DNA of 64,000 bases from Patescibacteria group bacterium (GCA_038061225.1 JBBTZT010000002.1:12655-76654); one strand, 5' to 3'; counted from the stretch's first letter, positions 1 to 10,569 are shown. Numbers and translations are program-made. The notes: generated from the letters alone by a model not told the origin.

Positions 1-124
1 TTCTGAAATTAAACTCGTTGAAAGCAAATTAAATTCCAAGGGTTATAAACTAGCCCTAAAGAAAATGGAGACTGAAGAATGGGCAAACAAGTGGTCAGAG
101 ATAATTAAAAAGGTGGTAAAATAG
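1..124 (+). CDS. 3' end of an upstream gene (partial, unidentified)
   Basis: Open frame from position 2 (SEIKLVES...WSEIIKKVVK) ending in TAG at 122-124. Confidence 0.6.
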   Translation, partial: SEIKLVESKLNSKGYKLALKKMETEEWANKWSEIIKKVVK

Positions 125-128
125 CCAT

Positions 129-1517
129 ATGAATAAAAAATATTATGTAACCACGGCAATTGATTACACTAATGATGTAATTCACATTGGCCATGCATAT
201 CAAAAAATATTGGCGGATGTTTTAGCTCGTTATCATCGGCAAATTGGTGATAAAACATACTTTTTGACAGGTACGGATGAGCACGGGCAAAAAGTAGAAA
301 GTAGTGCGAAAGAAAAAGGTATTAACCCTAAAGATTTTGTTGACAAAATTGCAAAAGAAGATAAAAAACAATGGGATAAATTAAATATTTCTTATGATCG
401 ATTTATTAGAACCACGGATGCAGATCATGTTAAATTTTCACAAGAATTTTATCTAAAAGCAAAAGCCAATGGTGATATTTATAAAGCAAAGTATAAAGGA
501 TTTTATTGTGAAGGCTGTGAGTCGTTTAAAGAAGCTTCTGAATTAAATGAAGAAAAATGTGAATTCCATCCAACAAAAAAGATACAAAAAATAGAAGAGC
601 AAAATTATTTTTTTGCTCTCTCCAAATATCAAAAGTTTTTATTAAATCACATCAAAAAACACCCAGAATTTATCTGGCCAGAATCAAGAAGGAACGAAAT
701 TCTATCATTTATAAAATCAGGATTAAAAGATTTTTCGATCAGTCGCCAAAATGTAACTTGGGGTATTTCAGTTCCAGACGATCCGACACACACAATCTAT
801 GTCTGGTTTGACGCTTTGATCAATTATTTAACTTATGGCGATTCAATGAAATGTTGGCCTGCGGATATTCACATACTGGGCAAGGACAATCAAAGATTTC
901 ATGCTATATATTGGCCAGCAATGTTAAAATCTGCAGGATACAAATTACCAAAAACGATATTGGTTCACGATTTTATTTCACTAGATGGTCAAAAAGTTAG
1001 TAAATCTCTAGGAAACGTAATTTTACCGAGCGAACTTATTAAAAAGTTTGGAGTTGATGGAGTAAGGTACTTCTTTTTAAGACACGGCCCACTCGCTAAC
1101 GATATTGATATAACTTTGGATAAAATCCAAAATGTATACAATTCAGATCTTGCAAATGGGCTTGGTAATTTAGTTTCCAGAGTTGCGAAACTCTGTGAAA
1201 AGTCTGGTTTTGTTTTTAAATCAAAACAAACAAAATTATATCCTGAGGTAGTAAAATCGCTAGAAGAATTTAGGTTTGATGAGGCATTAAAAATAATCTG
1301 GAACAAAATTACTCAAGTTGATCAAGAAATAAACAAAACAGAACCTTGGAAATTAGAGGGTAAAAAATTAAAAAAGTTTTTAGAAAATACTATCTCATCT
1401 ATACAGCACATAACATATAGCTTAAAGCCTTTTCTTCCTGAAACTGCAGAAAAAATTACAAAAATATTTAAAGGACCTAAAATAAAAGCACCTGAACCAT
1501 TATTCCCCCGTATATGA
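129..1517 (+). CDS. metG: methionine--tRNA ligase (short form)
   Basis: HIGH and KVSKS motifs, TGTDEHGQK, YVWFDAL, CxxC knuckle. Confidence 0.97.
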   Translation: MNKKYYVTTAIDYTNDVIHIGHAYQKILADVLARYHRQIGDKTYFLTGTDEHGQKVESSAKEKGINPKDFVDKIAKEDKKQWDKLNISYDRFIRTTDADHVKFSQEFYLKAKANGDIYKAKYKGFYCEGCESFKEASELNEEKCEFHPTKKIQKIEEQNYFFALSKYQKFLLNHIKKHPEFIWPESRRNEILSFIKSGLKDFSISRQNVTWGISVPDDPTHTIYVWFDALINYLTYGDSMKCWPADIHILGKDNQRFHAIYWPAMLKSAGYKLPKTILVHDFISLDGQKVSKSLGNVILPSELIKKFGVDGVRYFFLRHGPLANDIDITLDKIQNVYNSDLANGLGNLVSRVAKLCEKSGFVFKSKQTKLYPEVVKSLEEFRFDEALKIIWNKITQVDQEINKTEPWKLEGKKLKKFLENTISSIQHITYSLKPFLPETAEKITKIFKGPKIKAPEPLFPRI

Positions 1518-3004
1518 GAAGTTTTATAATTAGACATGACAAGCAGGTTTTAAGAGCCTTTGAAATTCTTCCAGGATTTTTTTCTTGGAACATGATTTTA
1601 CTTCCCTACTGGGGAATTTTTGTTTTTCCTAACTTTGTTGCCTACTTTGTACTTTTATTTAACGTTTACTGGTTTTATCAGTCTTTTTTAATTGCTATCA
1701 CATCAGTTATCTCTCACACAAAAATTCAAGCAGCAATTAATTATGACTGGGTTGGTGATTTAAAAACATTTCCAGATTGGGACAAAGTACATAATGTTGT
1801 AATTATTCCTACATATAAAGAACCATTACATATTTTGGAAAGAACAATAAATTCATTAAAAAACCAAACTCTTCCAACAAGGATGATTACTGTAATTCTT
1901 GCCATGGAAGAGAAAGAATCCAGAGAAGATAGAGATGAAAAATGGAAAGCATTAACATATAAATTTGAAGGGGTTTTTGGAAATTTTTTAAGAACTAATC
2001 ATAAATTAGTAGTGGGTGAGGTTGTGGGCAAAGCTTCAAATGAAAAATTTGCGGCTGTTTGGTACAAGAAGAACTTTATTGACCTCACAAAAATGGATAT
2101 AAATTACATTACTGTAACTAGTTGTGATGCAGACCATAAATATCACCCTAACCATTTTGCCTGTCTTTCATTTAAGTTTCTTGATTGCCCAACAAGATAT
2201 AGACACTTTTGGCAACCAGCAGTTATGTTTTATAACAACATCTGGGAACTCCCTGCAATTACAAGGGTTCCAAATACTTTTGGATCAATTTGGAATTTAT
2301 CACAGCTTTCAAGAAAAGACAGACTTATAAATGCCCAAAACTATTCACTTTCATTTAAATTGCTTGACGAAGTTGGATACTGGGATGCAGATAAAATTCC
2401 TGAAGATTGGGGTATATTTTTTAAAGCATACTACAGGGTTAAAGGTGGGCTTGAAGTTGAACCTATTTATCTTCCATTACATGCCGATGCTGCTCAGTCT
2501 ACAACAACATGGAAAACAATGAAAAGTCAATATGAACAATATAAAAGATGGGCATGGGGAACATCAGACGATTCATGGATAATTAGAAATTATTTAATTG
2601 ATAAAGATATTCCTTTTTGGGACAAAACAACAAGGCTGGGATTTGTATTGTGGGCTCATTTTATGTGGCCAGTCAATTGGTTCATTATAACTATTGGACT
2701 TACATTACCAACACTTATTAATCCTGCCTTTGGTAGAACAGTATTAGGGTTTATGGTTCCAAAATTATCATCCATTATCTTGACTCTTTCTCTTGGTTTC
2801 TTTTTCGTTTTGTTTTTCATAGATAATGTATACAAACCAAAAAGACCTATTGGAATGTCAGTTTGGAGATCAATATTAATGCCTTTTGAATTTATTTTAA
2901 TGCCTGTTGCAGGATTTTTCTTTTCAGCCCTCCCAGGTCTTGACGCCCACACAAGACTGATGCTTGGAAAATATATACAGTACAAAGTTACCGAAAAGGT
3001 TTAA
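1514..3004 (+). CDS. membrane glycosyltransferase family 2
   Basis: IIPTYKE, CDAD, PED and QYKRWAWG motifs plus flanking TM helices. Confidence 0.85.
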   Translation: MRSFIIRHDKQVLRAFEILPGFFSWNMILLPYWGIFVFPNFVAYFVLLFNVYWFYQSFLIAITSVISHTKIQAAINYDWVGDLKTFPDWDKVHNVVIIPTYKEPLHILERTINSLKNQTLPTRMITVILAMEEKESREDRDEKWKALTYKFEGVFGNFLRTNHKLVVGEVVGKASNEKFAAVWYKKNFIDLTKMDINYITVTSCDADHKYHPNHFACLSFKFLDCPTRYRHFWQPAVMFYNNIWELPAITRVPNTFGSIWNLSQLSRKDRLINAQNYSLSFKLLDEVGYWDADKIPEDWGIFFKAYYRVKGGLEVEPIYLPLHADAAQSTTTWKTMKSQYEQYKRWAWGTSDDSWIIRNYLIDKDIPFWDKTTRLGFVLWAHFMWPVNWFIITIGLTLPTLINPAFGRTVLGFMVPKLSSIILTLSLGFFFVLFFIDNVYKPKRPIGMSVWRSILMPFEFILMPVAGFFFSALPGLDAHTRLMLGKYIQYKVTEKV

Positions 3005-3948
3005 AACGATTTGTAATATTTAATTGTTTTTTGAAGACCCTCTTTAAGTTCTACTTTTGGCTCCCAATTTAATGTTTTTCTTGCTTTCGTAATATCTGGA
3101 CACCTTTGCATTGGGTCGTCTGGTCTAAATTTGCCAGAATAAACAACTTTAGATTTACTATTTGTCAATTTAATTACTATTTCTGCTAGTTCCTTAATTG
3201 CAAATTCATCCGGATTTCCGAGATTAAATATTTCACCCTTTGTTTTATTAGTAAACATTGCCTTTTTAATTCCATCAACTAAGTCTGATACATAACAAAA
3301 TGACCTTGTTTGACTTCCATCACCATCTATTTTGATATCTTCATTTTTTAAAGCCCAGTTTATAAAGTTACTAACTACCCTACCATCATCTTTTTGCATC
3401 TGGGGGCCATAAGTGTTAAATATTCTAATTATTCTTGCATCAATATCATATTTATTTAAATACACATAAGTTGCTGTTTCAGCGAATCTTTTACTTTCGT
3501 CATAACATGCACGTGGTCCAAATGTATTAACATTACCACAATATGTCTCTTTTTGTGGATGTTCTAATGGATCACCATAAACCTCAGATGTTGAGGCTAT
3601 AAGAATTTTGGCTTTTAAGTCTTTAGCCAGAGCTAGCATATTGACGGTACCCTTAGAGTTAACAAGAAGCGTTTCAAGTGGAAAATTCTGATAATCTATT
3701 GGGGAGGCGGGTGACGCTAAGTGAAAAATAAAATTTGCTGAAGTATTGATTAATTGATTTATTGAATTACTAGTTATATCTGCTTTTATGAAGCTAAAGT
3801 TAGAATTTGTAAGTAAATCTTCTATATTTTTTGAGCTTCCTGTAATTAGATTGTCAAGACACATTACTTCATACCCATCACTTAAAAGAGATTTACATAA
3901 ATGTGAACCAATGAATCCTGCACCACCAGTGACTAATACTTTTTTCAT
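3001..3948 (-). CDS. UDP-glucuronate decarboxylase-like NAD-dependent epimerase/dehydratase (UXS family)
   Basis: GGAGFIG, HLASPASP, STSEVYGDP, YDESKR, RIFNTYGP. Confidence 0.9.
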   Translation of the reverse strand: MKKVLVTGGAGFIGSHLCKSLLSDGYEVMCLDNLITGSSKNIEDLLTNSNFSFIKADITSNSINQLINTSANFIFHLASPASPIDYQNFPLETLLVNSKGTVNMLALAKDLKAKILIASTSEVYGDPLEHPQKETYCGNVNTFGPRACYDESKRFAETATYVYLNKYDIDARIIRIFNTYGPQMQKDDGRVVSNFINWALKNEDIKIDGDGSQTRSFCYVSDLVDGIKKAMFTNKTKGEIFNLGNPDEFAIKELAEIVIKLTNSKSKVVYSGKFRPDDPMQRCPDITKARKTLNWEPKVELKEGLQKTIKYYKSF

Positions 3949-3967
3949 ATGGTAGAATTATAACAGC

Positions 3968-5452
3968 ATGAAGCTTTGGAAGAAACTAATAACTATCATT
4001 GATACCCCACTTTGGCTTGAGATTTTCTTATGTCTACTTCTAGTTTTGAGGATTCCTTCGTTTTTTGAACCATATTATTATGGTGATGAAATGATCTACC
4101 TAGCTCTTGGCCAAGGTCTTAGACAAGGAATCCCTCTTTATTTAGGATTGCATGATAATAAACCACCTCTTCTTTATTTAATTGCTGCCCTAGCCGGAAA
4201 TTTGTTTTTATTTAAAGTAATATTGGCTTTTTGGAGTTTAGCTACAATTTATGTTTTTTGGAAATTAGTTAAACATCTCTTCCCAAAACAAGTAAGACTT
4301 CAAAACATATCTACTATCATCTTTGGCATACTAACCACAATTCCACTTTTTGAAGGCAATACAGTAAACGCTGAGTTGTTTATGATTGGTCCTGTAATTT
4401 TAGCTTTTCTAATTTTATTATCCAAAAAGAACAATCTTAAAAACTTATTAATTTCTGGCTCTTTAATTTCAATTGCAGCCCTTTTCAAAATTCCAGCAGC
4501 TTTTGATATTTTAGGAATAATTGCTTTTTGGTTAATATATTTAAAATTTAAAGATGTTAAAGAGTTTGTTGTTAAATCAATTTATTTATTTTTAGGTTTT
4601 ATAATCCCGATAGGTTTAACTTTTGTTTGGTATTATTTTGCGGGTGGTTTTAAGGAATATTTAGTTGCAGTATTTTTACAAAACTTTGGCTATGTTAGTA
4701 GTTGGAGACCAAGTCCTGTAGAGCTTTCATTTATAGAAAAAAATAGTCCATTACTAATTAGGACCGGTGTTATGTTTTTAGGGTTTATCGGACTTTTTAT
4801 ATCAAGAAAAAAACTTTCAAAAGAATTTGTTTTTGTTTCAGCTTGGTTATTGGCAACACTTTTTGCTGTTACATTATCAGAACGTCCTTATCCTCATTAT
4901 TTTGTTCAATCTCTTGCCCCTCTATCAATACTATTGGGGATGTTATTTAGTTTAAAAACAGTAGAACAAAGTTTGACTGTAATTCCATTAACAATTGCAT
5001 TTTTTGTCCCCTTTTATTACAAATTTTGGTATTATCCAACAGCTTCTTATTACACAAGGTTTATTAAATTTGTTACTAAACAAACAACAAAACAGGAATA
5101 TTTTAAAAGTTTCTCTCCCAATGTTACATTAAATTATGAAATTGCTGATTTTCTTGCTAAATCCTCTACAAAAAATGATAGAATCTTTGTTTGGAGCAAT
5201 GATTCATCTGCAATTTACTCTTTGTCAAGAAGACTCCCACCTATAAAATATGTTGCTGATTATCACTTTAGGGATTTTTCAAATCCTAACGAGGTCATAA
5301 ACATCCTTACTAAAACAATGCCAAAGTTTATAGTTATTACTTCAAGCTCTTTTCCTTTTCCTGAGCTTAATACTTTTGTAAATGAAAATTATTATATAAT
5401 TTCTGAGATCGGCACAAGTCAAATATGGCTTTACATAAATCAAGGTGAATAA
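3968..5452 (+). CDS. GT-C fold (ArnT/PMT-like) membrane glycosyltransferase
   Basis: YGDE after the first TM helix, DNKPP motif, many TM helices. Confidence 0.75.
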   Translation: MKLWKKLITIIDTPLWLEIFLCLLLVLRIPSFFEPYYYGDEMIYLALGQGLRQGIPLYLGLHDNKPPLLYLIAALAGNLFLFKVILAFWSLATIYVFWKLVKHLFPKQVRLQNISTIIFGILTTIPLFEGNTVNAELFMIGPVILAFLILLSKKNNLKNLLISGSLISIAALFKIPAAFDILGIIAFWLIYLKFKDVKEFVVKSIYLFLGFIIPIGLTFVWYYFAGGFKEYLVAVFLQNFGYVSSWRPSPVELSFIEKNSPLLIRTGVMFLGFIGLFISRKKLSKEFVFVSAWLLATLFAVTLSERPYPHYFVQSLAPLSILLGMLFSLKTVEQSLTVIPLTIAFFVPFYYKFWYYPTASYYTRFIKFVTKQTTKQEYFKSFSPNVTLNYEIADFLAKSSTKNDRIFVWSNDSSAIYSLSRRLPPIKYVADYHFRDFSNPNEVINILTKTMPKFIVITSSSFPFPELNTFVNENYYIISEIGTSQIWLYINQGE

Positions 5453-5460
5453 ATTTCATT

Positions 5461-5853
5461 ATGAATATGAATAAATTTCATTTCAAATTAAAAAAGGTTC
5501 CTGTAATCAAAATTGACCCGCGTTTTGAAAAATTACCATTAAGACATCTTTTTATAATTTCTCTTGTTATTAATTGTGTTTTAATTCTGTCAGGACTTTT
5601 TGCAAAATTTGTCTTACCTCCAGAAATACCTTTATATTATGGGCTTCCTAAGAATGAAGACCAACTTGCCAATTCAATTTATATTATTTTACCGGCCTTA
5701 ATGTCAATTTTAGTTACAATTATTAATGCAGCGCTATCTGTTATTTCAAATAGTGTTTACCTTAAAAAAACTCTTGCTTTTGCTTCTATTTTAGTAACAA
5801 TTTTAAGTATTGTTGCAACTTACAAAATAATATTTTTAGTTGGTTCATTTTAA
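5461..5853 (+). CDS. small membrane protein (DUF1648-like)
   Basis: Three TM helices with an LPPEIPLYY loop. Confidence 0.6.
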   Translation: MNMNKFHFKLKKVPVIKIDPRFEKLPLRHLFIISLVINCVLILSGLFAKFVLPPEIPLYYGLPKNEDQLANSIYIILPALMSILVTIINAALSVISNSVYLKKTLAFASILVTILSIVATYKIIFLVGSF

Positions 5854-5857
5854 TAAA

Positions 5858-6883
5858 ATGTTAAAAATAACAAATCTTTTATTTATTCCTTTATTTATAG
5901 CATTTTTAGTTTCGTATTTTATTACTCCTGTTGTTATTAAATACGCAAAAATATTAAAAATCATGGACGATCCAAAGAAAAATAGACATCCAAAAGTAAT
6001 ACATACTACGCCAATTCCCAGAGGCGGCGGAATACCTGTTTTTCTCTCAATTTTAGTGGCTTCATTAATTTTTATACCTGTTGATAAACATTTAATATCA
6101 ATTTTACTGGGCGCATTTGTGATATTTATAATGGGATTTTTAGATGATAGATATAATCTAAACCCTTATTTAAGAATAGGTCTTGGATTTTTAGCAGCCA
6201 TTATTCCAATCGCTTCAGGTATTGGGATAGCTTTTTTAACCAATCCTTTTGGAGGTATCTTTGACCTTTCAAATCCAATTATTTCTGATATTTTTGCTCT
6301 AGTTTGGATTGTCTTTATGATGAATATGCTAAACATGGGGGCCAAAGGAATTGATGGTCAGCTTTCAGGTGTTACAATCATTTCAGCTCTAACAATCACT
6401 GCTCTTTCCTTTTACTATTCCTCAGATATCACACAATGGCCAGTGATATTAATAACAGGAATAACTGCTGGCGCATTTTTAGGTTTTCTTCCATGGCACA
6501 AGTATCCTCAAAAAATTATGCCAGGCTATGGAGGTGCAACATTAGCGGGTTATATGCTTGCAATTGCCTCAATACTTTCAACCACCAAAGTGGGAACGTT
6601 AATTGTAGTTTTAGGCATCCCTTTAATAGATACGGGGTATACTATCATTAGAAGAATTCTGTCAGGTAAATCCCCCGTCTGGGGTGACAGAGGGCATCTA
6701 CATCATAAATTACTAGACTCTGGTCTTTCAAAAAAACAAGTGTCCCAAATTTATTGGTCACTGACTGCAATACTTGGGATTTTAGCTCTTAATTTGAATA
6801 GTACATATAAGTTATATACAATCATAGGAGTATCGTTAGTTTTAGGAGGTTTAATACTATGGTTGACTTACCGATCCAGATAA
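5858..6883 (+). CDS. MraY/WecA/TagO-family polyprenyl-phosphate HexNAc-1-phosphate transferase
   Basis: PRGGG, GFLDD, GIDG and DRGHLHH motifs; ATG at 5858. Confidence 0.9.
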   Translation: MLKITNLLFIPLFIAFLVSYFITPVVIKYAKILKIMDDPKKNRHPKVIHTTPIPRGGGIPVFLSILVASLIFIPVDKHLISILLGAFVIFIMGFLDDRYNLNPYLRIGLGFLAAIIPIASGIGIAFLTNPFGGIFDLSNPIISDIFALVWIVFMMNMLNMGAKGIDGQLSGVTIISALTITALSFYYSSDITQWPVILITGITAGAFLGFLPWHKYPQKIMPGYGGATLAGYMLAIASILSTTKVGTLIVVLGIPLIDTGYTIIRRILSGKSPVWGDRGHLHHKLLDSGLSKKQVSQIYWSLTAILGILALNLNSTYKLYTIIGVSLVLGGLILWLTYRSR

Positions 6884-7818
6884 GCGAGCTTGTTTTGCAA
6901 ATAATTCGTGTGGCAAGACCCATTCATTGGGTTAAGAATCTTGCCCTTTTTGGGGCATTACTTTTAACAGGAACTCTTTATGAAACAGGTCTTTTTAAAG
7001 ATGTTCTTTTGGCTTTCTTTTCTTTTTCTTTTGCTACTTCTGCAACTTATATTTTTAATGACATATTAGATTCAAAATCAGATAGACTTCATCCTGTCAA
7101 AAAAAACAGACCGATCGCTTCAAGTAAATTACCTTTTTCAATTGCTGTATTTGAACTATTAGGCTTTATATTCATGTCGTTAGTTTTGGCCATACCCTTA
7201 AATCAAATATTTACTATTTTAATTTTGATATATATAGGATTGCAGATTTTGTATAGTTTAGGTCTTAAAAATATACCTGTTATTGATATTTTAATTATTG
7301 CTACAGGTTTTATTTTAAGAGTCTACGGCGGAGCCGTTGTAATTAATGCTCACCTTTCAGTTTGGTTTCTACTTTGTGTGGTTTCTGCCTCATTATTTTT
7401 AGCCGCAGGGAAAAGAAGGGCTGAAATAAATTTGCTTGAAGCTGTTGATGGAGGGACAAGAAAAAGCCTTACTAAATACTCAAAAGAGTTATTAAATAGC
7501 TATGTTACAATGTTTGGTAATGCTACTTGGATGAGTTGGAGCCTTTATACTTTTTTTGAATCCCCAAAAGCATCCTTAAACTTTTGGTTAGTCTTGGCTG
7601 AAGTTTCAAGGGCCACAACTATTAATAAACTAATGATGTTAACAATTCCTGTTGTAATTTTTGGAATTATGCGATATGAAGCTTTAATTTTTGAAGGCAA
7701 ATCAGAAGCTCCTGAAAAACTTTTGTTAACAGATAAAGCACTCTTAACTGCTGTTATCCTTTGGATATCAATTGTTTATTGGATTATTTATTCTGGAGTA
7801 TCTGTTAGCGGAATATAG
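6859..7818 (+). CDS. UbiA-family prenyltransferase (decaprenyl-phosphate phosphoribosyltransferase-like)
   Basis: RPxHWVKN, YIFNDILD...DRLHPVKKNRP, GKRRAE. Confidence 0.85.
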   Translation: MVDLPIQISELVLQIIRVARPIHWVKNLALFGALLLTGTLYETGLFKDVLLAFFSFSFATSATYIFNDILDSKSDRLHPVKKNRPIASSKLPFSIAVFELLGFIFMSLVLAIPLNQIFTILILIYIGLQILYSLGLKNIPVIDILIIATGFILRVYGGAVVINAHLSVWFLLCVVSASLFLAAGKRRAEINLLEAVDGGTRKSLTKYSKELLNSYVTMFGNATWMSWSLYTFFESPKASLNFWLVLAEVSRATTINKLMMLTIPVVIFGIMRYEALIFEGKSEAPEKLLLTDKALLTAVILWISIVYWIIYSGVSVSGI

Positions 7819-8687
7819 ATTTTTGTTACATATTCACCACTTACCCACCCTTCTACCGGTGCAGCCGGCCAAGCTTCGCTTATCTCTCCTATTTTTATTT
7901 TAAACCAACTGCTATCTTCATTTTCTTCAATCACTTCATATTCTTCGCCTGGTTTAACTTCTGCTACTTCAGGAAAATTTACTCCCGCTCCCTGTCTAAC
8001 TCTTAAAAAACCTATGTCTGTTTTGTTTATAACGATAGTTGGAAGCATTTTCACTCTTGTTTTTATTTCAGTTGGTTTAAGTAATTCTTTTCCATCAGTT
8101 GCTGGTGTTTCGTTTGATTTTGCTAATTTTACTGAAGCTGTTAATTTATAACCTGCATAGACTTTAATAGGAAGAGATTTTTCTAAATATTTATCAGCAG
8201 AAACAATTAAATTATGATCTCCAGCAGGAACTTTTACACGGAGTGGTGTATATCCATATATTTTATTATCAATTAAAACTTGTGCATTATCAGGAACTGA
8301 CACAACAGTAATATATGATTCTTTACCACCCAGTTTTTCAAAAGATACAACTACTCCACTTGAGCTTTCTTCTGTTTCTCTAAAAACTCTTTTAACAATT
8401 GTCCTAATTCCTGAAACCAAATTTATTTTAGTTTCATAATCATCTAAAATAATATTATTAACACTATCTGGTTTTATTCTTAAAAGAATTTCTCCAGGAT
8501 TTCTATTTACTTCATATGGAGTTTTACCAACTTCTTGATTATTTATATAAACAGTTGAAATAGGGTCTGCTTCTACTAAAATTCCAGCTTCTTGGACATT
8601 AAAAAAATCGAGTAATAATAAAACCAATAAACCTAGGACAATGATTCCAGTCAAGACCAAAACAATTTTGACAATTTTCTTTTTCAT
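7788..8687 (-). CDS. membrane-anchored PEGA + bacterial SH3 domain protein
   Basis: N-terminal TM, two PEGA-like repeats (GKTPY, GYTPL), C-terminal LRVRQGAG...GWVSGEY. Confidence 0.8.
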   Translation of the reverse strand: MKKKIVKIVLVLTGIIVLGLLVLLLLDFFNVQEAGILVEADPISTVYINNQEVGKTPYEVNRNPGEILLRIKPDSVNNIILDDYETKINLVSGIRTIVKRVFRETEESSSGVVVSFEKLGGKESYITVVSVPDNAQVLIDNKIYGYTPLRVKVPAGDHNLIVSADKYLEKSLPIKVYAGYKLTASVKLAKSNETPATDGKELLKPTEIKTRVKMLPTIVINKTDIGFLRVRQGAGVNFPEVAEVKPGEEYEVIEENEDSSWFKIKIGEISEAWPAAPVEGWVSGEYVTKIYIPLTDTPE

Positions 8688-8754
8688 ATGTTCTTTAGTG
8701 TATCAGATTTTAAAAAAAATCCTTTGAGTATTCATATGTTACAATATGGCTATT

Positions 8755-8825
8755 GATCCGGTGCTAGAGTGGCCATAGGGCGGTCTGCAAAACCGTTTAC
8801 ATGGGTTCAAATCCCATCCGGATCT
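8755..8825 (+). tRNA. tRNA-Cys(GCA)
   Basis: Acceptor GATCCGG/CCGGATC, anticodon arm GCGGT-CTGCAAA-ACCGT, T-loop TTCAAAT, discriminator U; CCA not encoded. Confidence 0.93.
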
Positions 8826-8864
8826 CCCAGCTCCGATTTGAATTTATATTATCGTTTTTTATTA

Positions 8865-9452
8865 TCAACAAGATTGTTCCACTTTGCCCACAAAGGTAAC
8901 ATCTTTACCCCAATCATAATCTTCACTCCCAGGTAAACTCTCATCGAATTTATATTTTCCCCAAAATTCTTTTTTAATCAATGAGTTAGTATTTGATATC
9001 CAAGGAGTATAATCCTCTCGCTTTTTAAAAAATGGAAAATATAAAAAGACAATGTTTCCTAAAAACCTAGACCAATAACCCACTATAAAGTCTGAATAAT
9101 AGCCACTAAGTCCTGCAAGAGTTTTTTCTTTCATCAAGACATTAACTCCACTTGCAAGCCAATTGTTAGAAATCGGAATAGAATGGCCACTCAGAATACA
9201 AATGTATTTGCCCTTTGCTTTGTTTATACCGTAATTGAGTGAATATCCGTAAGTAAAATCTTTTTGACTAATTTTATATAAACGGATTGGAAACTTTTTA
9301 ACAATTTCGAGCGTCTGATCAGTTGATCCCGAATCAACAATTATAATTTCAAAATTTTTGAAAGTTTGTTTTAAAAGTAGATTTAAAACTTTACCTAAAT
9401 ATTTAGCCTCATTTTTAGTTCTTATAACAATACTTACAAGTGGATTTTCCAT
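8865..9452 (-). pseudogene. GT2 glycosyltransferase (rhamnosyltransferase-like), probably C-terminally truncated
   Basis: VSIVIRTKNE, VDSGSTD, SEDYDW followed by an abrupt non-homologous tail. Confidence 0.6.
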
Positions 9453-9582
9453 AATTAAGAAACTATATAACTCATTACTTAATGATTATTTCCAGTAACT
9501 CAGGAAATTTGTCTGTTTTCATATCAGTTTCTATTTTATCATCTTTAAAGCAATTAATTCTAGAATGATTTAAAATATAGAC

Positions 9583-9810
9583 ATGATAAGAAGTGTTGCA
9601 TATTCTCAAAATCTACTAGTTGATGACAACTTGGTCGAAAAACTTGTTTCGTCATCTCATATTAACAATGGTGATACAGTTTTAGAAATTGGTGCTGGAA
9701 AAGGAATAATAACTAAAGAGCTTTTAAAAAAGGCAGGTAATGTTGTGGTTTTTGAAATTGATCAAGAACTTGTAAATTCGTGGCAGTTACGATTGTATCC
9801 CATAATTTGA
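9583..9810 (+). pseudogene. N-terminal fragment of an Erm/KsgA-family rRNA adenine methyltransferase
   Basis: SQNLLVD, VLEIGAGKG, FEID; only 75 aa, catalytic NxPY/F region absent. Confidence 0.75.
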
Positions 9811-9894
9811 CTTTTGATACTTTTATATGATAGAATCAACCATCTCGCAAGTAATTGCGGGATTTTTGTTATCGCGGAGCGTCAAGCTTTGCTT

Positions 9895-10569
9895 ATGAAA
9901 CATCTAACTATACATCTGCCAAAGTATCGCCTTGTTATGCAATTCAAACTTGCAAAAAGGCGAAAATCACTTTTGGACGAACCTATTATCCCTACCAAAA
10001 AGAGATTGAATCTCAAGTATCGCGTAGGGGGTTTAACTCGTAAATTTTTTAGATATGTTTTTGAACACAAAGCTGCAAAAAAACTATTAGGTACAAACAT
10101 TGCATTAATGTTAATTGCTTCATCCTTTGTTCCCAATAACACACTTGGTAGTACTGGTGTTGCTGAAATAATTAGTGTTGATGGTGCAGAAACTCCAATT
10201 CATACCAACATAGTTATTCAAAATCCAGTAGATAAGATGATAATTACCCAAGGGTATAAACTTTTCCATCCTGGATTAGACATAGATGGTATAACTGGAG
10301 ATACTATTAAATCTATTAAAAAGGGTAGAGTTGAAACAGTTGAATTTTCAAATATTGGCTATGGAAAAAGCATAATCATTAACCATGGTAATAACTTAAA
10401 ATCTCTCTATGCCCATTTATCAAAAATATATGTAAAAGAGGGCGATGAGATTGATACAAATATAGTTTTAGGTGAAATGGGTTCTACAGGTCGTTCTTTT
10501 GGAGATCATTTGCATTTAGAGATTAGGGATCATGGAATTCCTATAAATCCTTTATCTGTTCTCAAGTGA
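9895..10569 (+). CDS. M23 family metallopeptidase
   Basis: HPGLD, YAHL, GSTGRS.G.HLHLE; start uncertain. Confidence 0.9.
   Translation: MKHLTIHLPKYRLVMQFKLAKRRKSLLDEPIIPTKKRLNLKYRVGGLTRKFFRYVFEHKAAKKLLGTNIALMLIASSFVPNNTLGSTGVAEIISVDGAETPIHTNIVIQNPVDKMIITQGYKLFHPGLDIDGITGDTIKSIKKGRVETVEFSNIGYGKSIIINHGNNLKSLYAHLSKIYVKEGDEIDTNIVLGEMGSTGRSFGDHLHLEIRDHGIPINPLSVLK

Noticed and set aside
6879-6892. ATAAGCGAGCTTG as another mini-hairpin copy
   Set aside because: One base short and in a gene overlap; ambiguous, not counted
9583-9810. Functional macrolide resistance gene
   Set aside because: Truncated before the catalytic motif; I saw no continuation in other frames
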